This document shows positions 28,586-37,965 of a stretch of 64,000 bases of DNA, in pieces (position 1 is the first letter of the stretch; every line of letters starts with the position of its first letter). The notes under the pieces are model-generated. The model was given only the letters and a program-made list of their open reading frames with translations. It searched no databases and was not told where the DNA came from. The position numbers and the translations under genes were made by a program. Origin of the DNA: an uncultured Clostridia bacterium (lineage in GTDB: Bacteria; Bacillota; Clostridia; TANB77; CAG-508); the NCBI GenBank assembly GCA_948852945.1, contig CAQPBJ010000007.1, positions 6,590-70,589 on the forward strand, in the 5' to 3' direction.

Positions 28586-29377
28586 CTATATTTTTATTAA
28601 TTTACTTGGAAAATCTCTTGAAGCAACGCTTACTGAAATATCTTTTGAATTGATATTATTATTTTTAAGTTCATCAGTTACCGTTTTTAAGGCTAATTCA
28701 GGAAAGTTATTTTCTTTACTTAAGTGCCCTAACATTGCATGTTTTAAGCCATATTTTGAGGCTAATTCAGTTATTGTTTTACCAGAAGATTCATTTGACA
28801 AATGACCTATAGGACTAAGAATACGTTGTTTTAGTTGAAATGGATATCTACTGTATTTTAAGATATCTGGATCATAATTTGCTTCTAGTAATATGAAAGA
28901 AGAATCTTTTAATTTTGAAATTAAGGTATTATCCATGTGACCAATATCAGTTGCAATGCTAATTTTCTTATCATCGTGGAAAATATTAAATCCACATGGG
29001 TTGGCAGCATCATGAGGAATGCTAAATGGAAGAATTTCTAAATCTTTTATTTTAAATTTTTTATTTATTGTAAAGATGTTTTGATTACTATCATCAATTT
29101 TTGCTTTTTGAGCTTGCATATTATTTAGAGTCTCTAAATTGCAATATATTGGGGTATTATATTTTTTTGATATACTTCCGATATTTCTAACATGATCAGA
29201 GTGTTCGTGAGTTACTAAAATTGCATCAATATCGCTAAGTGCAACATTAAAAGACGCAAGAGCAGTCTCGATTTTTTTTTGACTTACTCCTGCATCTACT
29301 AATATTTTTGTTTCATTTGTTTCTACAAATAAACAATTTCCTGTGCTTCCACTATATAAACTACAAAAATTAAACAT
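28586..29377 (-). CDS. MBL-fold metallo-hydrolase (YycJ/WalJ-like)
   Basis: 263 aa with the HEHSDH zinc motif. N-terminus FCSLYSGSTGNC is typical of YycJ-like proteins. Confidence 0.8.
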   Translation of the reverse strand: MFNFCSLYSGSTGNCLFVETNETKILVDAGVSQKKIETALASFNVALSDIDAILVTHEHSDHVRNIGSISKKYNTPIYCNLETLNNMQAQKAKIDDSNQNIFTINKKFKIKDLEILPFSIPHDAANPCGFNIFHDDKKISIATDIGHMDNTLISKLKDSSFILLEANYDPDILKYSRYPFQLKQRILSPIGHLSNESSGKTITELASKYGLKHAMLGHLSKENNFPELALKTVTDELKNNNINSKDISVSVASRDFPSKLIKI

Positions 29378-29389
29378 CTTTTTTCTCCA

Positions 29390-30715
29390 TTATTCTTCTG
29401 TGTATTTTACTCTTTCTATTTTTGCACCTAATTTTCTGAATTTTTCTTCTATGTTTTCATAGCCTCTATCTATGTGATGTAAATTAAATACTTCTGTTGT
29501 ACCACTAGCGCTAGTTCCAGCAATTATTAATGCTGCACCAGCACGTAAATCAGTAGCATTTACAGGAGCTCCATATAAATATTCTACGCCTTCAAACACT
29601 GCTGTTTTTCCAGATGTAGTTATTTTTGCGCCCATTTTATTTAATTCTTGAGTATATTGAAATCTTGATTCCCAAATGCTTTCATTTATAATGCTTGTTC
29701 CTGAAGACATAGCTAGACATACACCCATTTGAGATTGTAAGTCTGTAGGAAATCCTGGGTATGGAAGTGTTTTTACATTTGCTTTTGTAGTTCTTTTTGA
29801 CCACCAAACACGTACGTGATCTCCATTAGCATCAACATTTCCACCCATTTCTAATATTTTAGCTATAATTGGTTCTAAATGTTTTGTAATACAGTTGTGA
29901 ATAGTTATATCTCCTTTTGATGCAATAGCAGCTAACATAAATGTTCCTGCTTCAATTTGGTCTGGAACAATTGAATATGTTGCATTTCCTTTTAATTCTT
30001 TAACACCATTTATTTTAATAACATCTGTACCTGCTCCTCTGATGTCGGCTCCCATTGTATTTAAGAAGTTTGCTAAATCTACTATATGTGGTTCTTTGGC
30101 AGCATTGTCAATAGTTGTAGTTCCTTCTGCTAGTACACTGGCTAACATTATATTCATAGTTGCACCAACAGATACGATATCCATGTATATAGAGCTAGCT
30201 TTTAATTTGTCGCATGTTGCTGTTATATTTCCACTTGATACATCAACATGTGCACCAAGTGATTCAAATCCTTTTATATGTTGATCGATTGGTCTTGGAC
30301 CTAAATTACAACCACCTGGAAGACCAACTTCTGCTCTTCCACATCTACCCAATAAAGAACCTATTAAGTAGTATGATGCTCTAAATTTTCTAGTAAGTTC
30401 TAATGAAGCAGTTGAAGAAGCAATTTTTCTAGAATCAATTTGGACTGTGTGTCTATTTATCCAAGTTACTTTTACTCCTAAACTTTCTAATATTTCACAA
30501 TATGTTTTTACATCACTAATATTAGGTAAGTTTTCTATTGTGCATATACCATTTATTAATATTGTAGCTGGAATGATAGCAACGGCAGCATTTTTTGCGC
30601 CACTAATTTTTACATCTCCACGTAATGGAGTAGGTCCTGTTATAACTAATTTTTCCATTTTCATACCCCCAAAATTGATATGGACCTCTAAATACTGTAA
30701 TACTTGAAAAGCCAA
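29390..30715 (-). CDS. murA: UDP-N-acetylglucosamine 1-carboxyvinyltransferase MurA
   Basis: EPSP-synthase-fold protein with ..ISGAKNAA.. near the N-terminus. The likely true start is ATG at 30658 (MEKLVITG..), behind GGGGG. Confidence 0.9.
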   Translation of the reverse strand: MAFQVLQYLEVHINFGGMKMEKLVITGPTPLRGDVKISGAKNAAVAIIPATILINGICTIENLPNISDVKTYCEILESLGVKVTWINRHTVQIDSRKIASSTASLELTRKFRASYYLIGSLLGRCGRAEVGLPGGCNLGPRPIDQHIKGFESLGAHVDVSSGNITATCDKLKASSIYMDIVSVGATMNIMLASVLAEGTTTIDNAAKEPHIVDLANFLNTMGADIRGAGTDVIKINGVKELKGNATYSIVPDQIEAGTFMLAAIASKGDITIHNCITKHLEPIIAKILEMGGNVDANGDHVRVWWSKRTTKANVKTLPYPGFPTDLQSQMGVCLAMSSGTSIINESIWESRFQYTQELNKMGAKITTSGKTAVFEGVEYLYGAPVNATDLRAGAALIIAGTSASGTTEVFNLHHIDRGYENIEEKFRKLGAKIERVKYTEE

Positions 30716-30821
30716 TATCTTTTATTTATAGAAATCTAGCAAATCTAGACATAATTATTCTAACATATCATTTTATAACATAAAAAAAATGTATTGACAA
30801 GAGAAGAGGCAAAATATGCTA

Positions 30822-31460
30822 TTATAGGTTATTTATAAAATCAATAATTTTGAATTTAAATTTATATTTTGGCTCAGAAGACTGGATAATATGAGTAGTT
30901 TCGTTTGAAAGGTTATTTGATAACAGCTCATTAGAATTTTCTTCTAATTCACAAGTTGAAGAATTTATTAAACACATTGGAGGAAATAATATACACCACC
31001 AATTTTCGCCTTTGGCATTGCCAAGTTTTATTTGTAGACCATCATAATTTCCAGATGGTAAGGTTATTGAATTATATTTTTTTGCTGGATAAAAAGAATT
31101 AGAAATTTCAAATTGAAAAGTATAGTCAAAACCATTTTCTTTGATTATATTTGATATTATTGTTTCAATATCTGTTTGATGATTTTTAAGGTGAAGAATA
31201 GTTTCTTCTTTATTTGATAAGTTAAATTTTGATAAATAATTTAAAATACTATTACGTACTTTTATTTTTAAATCTTGATCTATTTTTGAGTTACTATTTG
31301 CAACTACACGTAGTCTAAAAAGATTTTCTTCTAAATTGTTTGATATAGAATGGGAGTATGAAAATGAATTAAAAATAAAGTAAATAAGAAATAGTGTAAA
31401 CACTAAAATAATTGATTTTAGTTTCATAAAAGTAATCTCCTTTTCGATTAATTTGTACAA
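30822..31460 (-). CDS. spoIIR: stage II sporulation protein R
   Basis: LRVVANSNSKIDQDLKIKVRNSIL matches the SpoIIR signature. The likely true start is ATG at 31427 (MKLKSIIL..), behind AAGGAG. Confidence 0.8.
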   Translation of the reverse strand: MYKLIEKEITFMKLKSIILVFTLFLIYFIFNSFSYSHSISNNLEENLFRLRVVANSNSKIDQDLKIKVRNSILNYLSKFNLSNKEETILHLKNHQTDIETIISNIIKENGFDYTFQFEISNSFYPAKKYNSITLPSGNYDGLQIKLGNAKGENWWCILFPPMCLINSSTCELEENSNELLSNNLSNETTHIIQSSEPKYKFKFKIIDFINNL

Positions 31461-31528
31461 AGAGTATTGACAGTTTTTAGAAGAATATTCAAATTAATTT
31501 TATGTCGAAAATGGGCGTACGAAAGTAA

Positions 31529-31557
31529 TTGACGAACCATATTATACATGGTAAAAT
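31529..31557 (+). promoter_or_regulatory. sigma-A-type promoter
   Basis: TTGACG (31529-31534), 17 bp, TGG-TAAAAT (31552-31557) with an extended -10. Lies 33 nt before ORF 31590. Confidence 0.5.
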
Positions 31558-31589
31558 TTACCAAACGAGAAACCTAGGAGGGATGATTT

Positions 31590-32063
31590 ATGGTAGAGGA
31601 CAACAGATATTGTGCTGTTTGTGTAAATGATATGCATCTAGTGGTGATGCTTATGCCATATATTGAAAAAGAGCTAGAAAAGGGAGAAAAAATCGTTACT
31701 ATATTTGAAAAAAGTTTAAAAGAAGAAACAGATTTATTTTATACAAAAGTAAATTTAGAAAAATCGAAAAAAACAAAACTAAAAAGGATAGACTGGACTG
31801 AGAATACAGCATCAGAAAAAGAAATTTTAGATATAAAAAATAAGACAGTTATAGTAAAAGGAAGTTATGATTATATTAATAAAGTAAATAAATGTTTAAA
31901 TGATAAAGTAAATAAAGTTATAAATTGTTTTGAATTGAATATTTTTGAAGAAAATTCTAGAGAGATTTTAAAGTGCCATGATTACATATTAAACACTTCT
32001 GGAATAAAAAAGATTTCTGATATGTTTCATATGAATTGGAGTAAAAATAGCATATTGACTTAA
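31590..32063 (+). CDS. hypothetical protein
   Basis: 157-aa ORF with RBS AGGAGGG and its own promoter. I recognise no family. Confidence 0.5.
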   Translation: MVEDNRYCAVCVNDMHLVVMLMPYIEKELEKGEKIVTIFEKSLKEETDLFYTKVNLEKSKKTKLKRIDWTENTASEKEILDIKNKTVIVKGSYDYINKVNKCLNDKVNKVINCFELNIFEENSREILKCHDYILNTSGIKKISDMFHMNWSKNSILT

Positions 32064-32138
32064 TAAATGTAATAGTATAAGATAAATTTGATTTGATTTG
32101 TAATATTTGTAATAAAGGAAGGAGTCTAAGAAAAATTA

Positions 32139-35099
32139 ATGAACGAAAAATTTGAAAAAGCACAAAAACTTGTGAAAAAATATGATCAAGAACATTTATT
32201 AAAGTTTTATGATGAAAAATCTGATGAAGATAAAGATAAATTATTAGATCAAATTCTTTCAATTGATTTTGATTTAATGAACCAATTATATGAGAAGGTG
32301 TTAGTTCCACCTGACTTAGAAGATATTACTATAGAACCAATAGACTATGTTGATAAATCTAAGTTAACTGCTACGGAAACAAAGGCTTACGAAGAAAAAG
32401 GAGCAGAAGCAATTAAAGATAATAAGTTTGCAGTTGTAACAATGGCTGGAGGGCAAGGAACAAGATTAGGACATAGTGGACCTAAAGGAACATTTGATAT
32501 GGGATTACCTTCACATAAATCTTTATTTGAATTATTATGTGATACTTTAAAAAGAGCGAATGATGAGTATAATGTCGTTATTCCTTGGTATATAATGACT
32601 AGTATAGAAAATAATCCGGCAACTGTTGATTTCTTCGAAAAAAACAAATATTTTGGTTATCCAAAAGATAAGATTCAATTCTTTATTCAAGGTGAATTAC
32701 CAATGCTTGATGAAGATGGAAAAGTTTTATTAGATGACAATAAAATGGTTAAAAAAGCAGCAGACGGACATGGTGGTACTTTAAAGGCAATGGGAAAAGA
32801 AAAGATTATTGCACAGATGAAAAAAGACGGAATTGAATGGGTCTTTGTGAGTGGTGTAGATAATGTTTTAGTTAAATCTGTTGATCCATTATTAATTGGT
32901 ATGTCTATTGAAAACAAAGTTTTAGGAGCTGTTAAAACTATTGAAAAGGTTGATCCTAAAGAAAATGTTGGTGTATTTTGTAGAAAAAATAAAAAAGTTG
33001 GAGTTATAGAATATACTGAAATTTCTGAAGAAATGGCAGAACAAAGAGACAAATATGGATCATTAGTTTATGGAGATGCAAATGCTATTTTTCATTTATA
33101 CAATATAAAAGGTTTAGAAAGAGTCAGTGATTTGAAATTACCATATCATGTGGCACATAAAAAAGCTAAAACAGATAAATATGGAAATAAAATAGATCCT
33201 AAAAAACCAAATTCTTATAAATTTGAATTATTTATTTTTGATTCATATGAAATGCTTGATGATGTAGTAGTATTAAGAGTAAAAAGAGAAGAAGAATTTG
33301 CTCCTATAAAAAATGCTGAAGGTGCTGATAGTCCAGAGACAGCAAGAAAACTTTATACAGATTATTGGAATAAAGTTAAGTATATGAAAGAATACGATAG
33401 ATGGTGCAAAAATCCAGCTATTGATGATGAAACTAAGAATGAATTATTAAAAATTAGAGGAAATGACGAAGAAATAAAAGATCGCTTTTATAAAGGATTA
33501 GATTTTGGTACAGCAGGGCTTAGAGGAATTATAGGTGCTGGTACTAATAGAATGAATAAATACATTGTTTCAAAGGCTACACAAGGTTTAGCAAATTATA
33601 TATTGAAACAAGGAACAGAAGATAAAGGTGTTGTAATTTCTTATGATTCTCGTAGAATGTCAAAAGAATTTAGCGAATATACAGCACTAGTTTTAAATGC
33701 AAATGGTATTAAAACATATGTTATGGATGAATTAAGACCAGTTCCAGAATTGTCATTTGCAGTTAGGGAATTAGGAGCTACAGCTGGTGTAATGATTACT
33801 GCTAGTCATAATCCTCCTCAATATAATGGTTATAAAGTATATTGGGACGATGGTGCTCAAATAGTTGCTCCAAGAGATAAAGAAATTATAGAAGAAGTAA
33901 ATAAAGTTACAGATTATTCAATGGTAAAAACAATTTCAAGAGAACAAGCAGGAGAAAAGAAATTATATGTTACTGTAGGAAAATCAATTGATGAAAGATA
34001 TAATCAAGAATTAAAAGCTTTATCAATAAATCCAGAAGTTACACATGAAATGGGAAATGATATAAAAATAGTTTATACACCTTTACATGGTGCTGGAAAC
34101 AAAGCTGTTCAAAGAGTTTTAGCTGAACTTGGATTTAAACATGTGTATGTTGTTCCAGAACAAGAATTACCAGATGGAAATTTCCCAACAGTTGATTATC
34201 CAAACCCTGAAGATCCCAAAGCATATAAATTAGCTTTAAAATTGGCAGAAAAAGTTGATGCAGATATAATTTTAGCAACAGATCCTGATTCTGATAGATT
34301 AGGAATTTATGTTAAAGATGCAAAATCTGGTGAATATATATTCTATACAGGAAATATGACAGCTTTATTAATTGCTGAATATATTCTAGATCAGAGAAAA
34401 GCTAAAAAGACATTGCCAAGGAATGGAGCAATTATAAAAACTATAGTTTCTTCTAATTTGACAGATGCTATAGCTGAATATTATAAAATGCACTTAATTG
34501 AGACATTAACAGGATTTAAATACATAGGTGAACAAATTAGAGGTTTTGAACAAAACCATGATTATGAATATGTATTTGGTTTTGAAGAAAGTTATGGATG
34601 TTTGGTAGGAACACATGCTAGAGATAAAGATGGTATTGTAGCTGTTATGATGCTTTGTGAAGCAGCAGCATATTACAAAAAGCAAGGTTTAACTTTGTGG
34701 GATCAAATGATTAATATTTACGAAAAATATGGATATTATCGTGAATCTCAAGTATCAATTGTTCTAAAAGGAGCTGAAGGTGCTGAGAAAATAAAAGAAT
34801 TAATGGATAATTTAAGAAAAAATCAGCCTAAAGCTTTTGGTGATTATAAAGTTGAAGCAATAAGAGATTATACTACAAGTATTAGAAAAGATATGAAAAC
34901 AGGTAAAGAAGAAAAAATTGATTTACCAAAATCTAATGTTTTGTATTATGAACTTGCTAATAATGAGTGGTGTTGTGCTAGACCATCTGGAACAGAACCT
35001 AAAGTTAAATTTTATATGGGTGTAAAGGCAGATACTATGGAAAAAGCAGAAGAAAGATTAGCAAAATTAAAAGAAGAATTATTACGTGTAGTTGAATAA
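32139..35099 (+). CDS. fusion: UDP-sugar pyrophosphorylase (UDPGP family) + alpha-D-phosphohexomutase (PgcA-like phosphoglucomutase)
   Basis: N-terminal ~400 aa carry MAGGQGTRLGHSGPKG (UDPGP/UAP-type). The C-terminal ~570 aa start at ..YDRW..DRFYKGLDFGTAGLRG.. and carry the active-site TASHNPPQYNGYK and Mg site DPDSDR. Confidence 0.8.
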   Translation: MNEKFEKAQKLVKKYDQEHLLKFYDEKSDEDKDKLLDQILSIDFDLMNQLYEKVLVPPDLEDITIEPIDYVDKSKLTATETKAYEEKGAEAIKDNKFAVVTMAGGQGTRLGHSGPKGTFDMGLPSHKSLFELLCDTLKRANDEYNVVIPWYIMTSIENNPATVDFFEKNKYFGYPKDKIQFFIQGELPMLDEDGKVLLDDNKMVKKAADGHGGTLKAMGKEKIIAQMKKDGIEWVFVSGVDNVLVKSVDPLLIGMSIENKVLGAVKTIEKVDPKENVGVFCRKNKKVGVIEYTEISEEMAEQRDKYGSLVYGDANAIFHLYNIKGLERVSDLKLPYHVAHKKAKTDKYGNKIDPKKPNSYKFELFIFDSYEMLDDVVVLRVKREEEFAPIKNAEGADSPETARKLYTDYWNKVKYMKEYDRWCKNPAIDDETKNELLKIRGNDEEIKDRFYKGLDFGTAGLRGIIGAGTNRMNKYIVSKATQGLANYILKQGTEDKGVVISYDSRRMSKEFSEYTALVLNANGIKTYVMDELRPVPELSFAVRELGATAGVMITASHNPPQYNGYKVYWDDGAQIVAPRDKEIIEEVNKVTDYSMVKTISREQAGEKKLYVTVGKSIDERYNQELKALSINPEVTHEMGNDIKIVYTPLHGAGNKAVQRVLAELGFKHVYVVPEQELPDGNFPTVDYPNPEDPKAYKLALKLAEKVDADIILATDPDSDRLGIYVKDAKSGEYIFYTGNMTALLIAEYILDQRKAKKTLPRNGAIIKTIVSSNLTDAIAEYYKMHLIETLTGFKYIGEQIRGFEQNHDYEYVFGFEESYGCLVGTHARDKDGIVAVMMLCEAAAYYKKQGLTLWDQMINIYEKYGYYRESQVSIVLKGAEGAEKIKELMDNLRKNQPKAFGDYKVEAIRDYTTSIRKDMKTGKEEKIDLPKSNVLYYELANNEWCCARPSGTEPKVKFYMGVKADTMEKAEERLAKLKEELLRVVE

Positions 35100-35114
35100 A
35101 ATTTGATTAAAATA

Positions 35115-35152
35115 AAAACTCAAATTGTTTATATGCAATTTGAGTTTTTATT
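35115..35152 (+). terminator. rho-independent terminator
   Basis: AAAACTCAAATTG (35115-35127) pairs with CAATTTGAGTTTT (35136-35148). T-rich tail. Confidence 0.7.
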
Positions 35153-35318
35153 TGCCATTAAATCATTGATTTTTTTTGTAAAGTGTAATAGAATGGGAGC
35201 ACTACTTGACAAAACTTGATGAAAAATATCACAAAAAGTAAATAACTTTTTTAATTTTATAATGATATACGACATCTTTTTTAGTTTGCATATTGTTAAA
35301 TATTAAAAAAGGTATGAG

Positions 35319-37760
35319 GTGGTAAGGATGTTTCAAAATTTGACAGATAATATTGCTATAAATAATAAGGATGTTAAAGAAAATAAAAAATATAATTTAG
35401 AAAAAATAAAAGATTTAATTAGTATTCAAAATATTATTATTTATATTTTATCTTTTTTAGTTTCAACAGTAGTAATAAGAAATGGGATAGCTCCATTTGC
35501 ATTTGCTTTTTTTGTAGCAGCATGTAGTAGTGTTATACCAGCGGGTCCAGTTTTAATTGCAACAGCATTAGGGGTTTTTATTTCACAAGGAATACCAGGT
35601 TTTTTAGTGTATTTTTTACAAGTTTTAATTTTCTTATTTACAATTGTGTTTTTTAAGCCATATATTCAAGATGATCGAAATGAAATTGCTAAATTAGGTA
35701 AAAATTTAATTATTGCTTGTATAGTTGTACATGCTATAAAACTATCAACAGATACATTACTTGTTTATGATGTGGTAGTAGCAATTTTGAATATTATTTT
35801 TACATATGTTTTTTATAAAATTTTTGTTAATAGTATAGGTGTTTTAGAGAATTTTGGATTAAAGTCAGCTTTTACAATTGAAGAAATCATAGGAGCTACT
35901 ATGATTACTGCAATAGCGGCTGTTAGTCTTAGCAATTATAGAGTTTATGGAATATCACTTTCAAATGTAATTTCAGTTTTTCTAATCTTAATTTTAGCTT
36001 GGAAAAATGGATTACTTGTTGGAAGTACAATAGGTGTTTCATTGGGATTAATATTAGGTATAATTGGAGCTGCTACACCAATACAAGTTCTAGCTTTTGC
36101 TATATCAGGTTTGTTAGCTGGGGCAGTAAATAGGCTTGGTAGAATTGGTGTTGTTTTAGGATTTTTAGTTGGAAATGCACTTATTTCATATTTAGCAACA
36201 GGAAATACAGTTCAAGTGCTGTTATATAAAGAATTAGTGCTTGCAGGAATTGCTATATTTTTTGTTCCTAAATATATTCAAATTGATATTGAAGGATTAA
36301 TAGGAAAAAATAAATTTTTTGAAGCTAGAGAAGAGCATAGATTAGCAGAAAGTGAAGATGCAGGAGCAAAGCTAAATCATCTTTCTAAAACAGTTAAAGA
36401 AATAGCTAAAACATATGGTTTAAAAGATGAAGAAATTGTTGTTGAAATCGAGAATATTAATAAAAGCAAAGAAGCGTTTGTAGAAGATTTATTAAATAAC
36501 TTAGATAGTTTTCCTAATAATATTTTGTATGAAGATTTAATTGATACTAATAATGGAATTATTGAGAAAATATATATGATACTTGCTGAAAAAGAAGAAA
36601 TTTCAGAAAAAGATATGGTAAGTTTATATGAAGATAGAAATGAGATTCTTGATATTTATGCGAACCAAGCTATAAGAGAAGATGTAAATCAAGTGGTAAG
36701 GATTGTTAATAGAACATATAGAATTAATGAAATGAATTTTCAATGGAAACAACGCTTAAATGAAAACAGAAAATCTATTTCAAAACAATTAAAAGGTGTT
36801 TCTAAAGCAATTTCTGATATTGCTGTAGATTTATCAAAAAATAAGGAAAATATTTTTGAGCAACAAGAAGCGGAAATTAAAGAATTACTTAAACAAAAAA
36901 GTATTTTAGTAAAAGAAATACGAGTAAAACAAAATAAGAGTAAAAAGTTTTTTATAGATATTTTATTTGAAAAGCAGATAAAAGAAAAAGATAAAATAAA
37001 ATGTATAGAATCTATTTTAACTAAAGTATGCAAAGAAAAAATTGTTTTTCAAAAAGATACAGCTCATTTAGATTCAAATTTATATATGCAAAAATATATT
37101 TCAGAAGATAAATATACTGTACAATTAGGATTAGCAAGATTACCTAAATCAGGAAATGATATTTCAGGTGATAGTTGTATACAATTTAAGTTAGATGACA
37201 ATAAACATTTAGTGGCGTTAAGTGATGGAATGGGAGCTGGAGCTGAAGCTAAAAAGTCTAGCCAAATAGTTGCCAAATTGCTTAGACAGACATTAACAGC
37301 AGGTTTTGAAAAAGAGGTTTCTATGGATCTCATAAATTCTACAGTAAAAGTTTCTACAGAAGAAATTTATGCAACAATGGATGTTGCAATATTTGATCTT
37401 TATAATGGTGTAGTAGAGTTTATTAAAAATGGAGCTTGCAAAACGTATATAAAAAATAAGCAGATATTAGAAACAGTTGATTCTAATTCACTTCCTCTAG
37501 GAATTTTAAATGAAGTTGATTTTACAGTTTATGATAGAGATATGAAAGATGGGGATATCTTTATTATGTGTAGTGATGGAATAGTAGAGTCAAATCAAGA
37601 GCAGCAAGATGATAAGTGGTTAGTAAAGGTTATAAAAGAGATTAATACTAATAATGTTAAAAAAATGGCTGATATTATAATGAATGAGGCTATTGATAAT
37701 GGTTATGGTATATTAAAAGATGATATGACTGTTATTGTTGCTAAAGTTAATAAAATTTAA
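35319..37760 (+). CDS. spoIIE: stage II sporulation protein E (PP2C phosphatase with polytopic N-terminal domain)
   Basis: ~10 TM segments, central domain, and C-terminal PP2C (..SGDS..LSDGMGAG..CSDGI..DDMTVIV). ATG 35328 is a likely alternative start. Confidence 0.9.
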   Translation: MVRMFQNLTDNIAINNKDVKENKKYNLEKIKDLISIQNIIIYILSFLVSTVVIRNGIAPFAFAFFVAACSSVIPAGPVLIATALGVFISQGIPGFLVYFLQVLIFLFTIVFFKPYIQDDRNEIAKLGKNLIIACIVVHAIKLSTDTLLVYDVVVAILNIIFTYVFYKIFVNSIGVLENFGLKSAFTIEEIIGATMITAIAAVSLSNYRVYGISLSNVISVFLILILAWKNGLLVGSTIGVSLGLILGIIGAATPIQVLAFAISGLLAGAVNRLGRIGVVLGFLVGNALISYLATGNTVQVLLYKELVLAGIAIFFVPKYIQIDIEGLIGKNKFFEAREEHRLAESEDAGAKLNHLSKTVKEIAKTYGLKDEEIVVEIENINKSKEAFVEDLLNNLDSFPNNILYEDLIDTNNGIIEKIYMILAEKEEISEKDMVSLYEDRNEILDIYANQAIREDVNQVVRIVNRTYRINEMNFQWKQRLNENRKSISKQLKGVSKAISDIAVDLSKNKENIFEQQEAEIKELLKQKSILVKEIRVKQNKSKKFFIDILFEKQIKEKDKIKCIESILTKVCKEKIVFQKDTAHLDSNLYMQKYISEDKYTVQLGLARLPKSGNDISGDSCIQFKLDDNKHLVALSDGMGAGAEAKKSSQIVAKLLRQTLTAGFEKEVSMDLINSTVKVSTEEIYATMDVAIFDLYNGVVEFIKNGACKTYIKNKQILETVDSNSLPLGILNEVDFTVYDRDMKDGDIFIMCSDGIVESNQEQQDDKWLVKVIKEINTNNVKKMADIIMNEAIDNGYGILKDDMTVIVAKVNKI

Positions 37761-37761
37761 A

Positions 37762-37885
37762 TTACAAAGACCTATTATTAATAGGTCTTTTGTTGTAAAT
37801 TGCTCAATTTCTCACTCGCATTTTATAATGCTCGTTTGGTCGCTAGCGCAATTTAAAATTAATTATTATATGTTAAGTTTATTTA
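37762..37885 (-). repeat. truncated copy of the hairpin-flanked intergenic element (copy 3)
   Basis: Retains ATTGCTCAATTTC..GCATTTTATAATGCTCGTTTGGTCGCTAGCGC and one arm. Lacks the TTGCTCTTCGCAA segment. Sense strand inferred from copy 2. Confidence 0.6.
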
Positions 37886-37965
37886 TAAAATCTAGTAATA
37901 GTATTGAATTTAAGGGTAAATGTGTGATATATTAACCATGTATTAATGTTTAGTCGGAGGATGTA

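Noticed and set aside
31957-32310. A 117-aa minus ORF spanning the 31590-ORF end and the start of the fusion gene
   Set aside because: It overlaps two better-supported + strand genes and their intergenic promoter region. It has shadow-ORF composition.
37735-37935. A 66-aa ORF across the truncated repeat element. The translated core looks similar in copy 1 (..CS.SH..F..VWSLA.FK..).
   Set aside because: The apparent peptide similarity follows from nucleotide conservation. The third copy (48.0 kb) has a length difference that is not a multiple of three, which breaks the frame. No start codon or RBS is shared.
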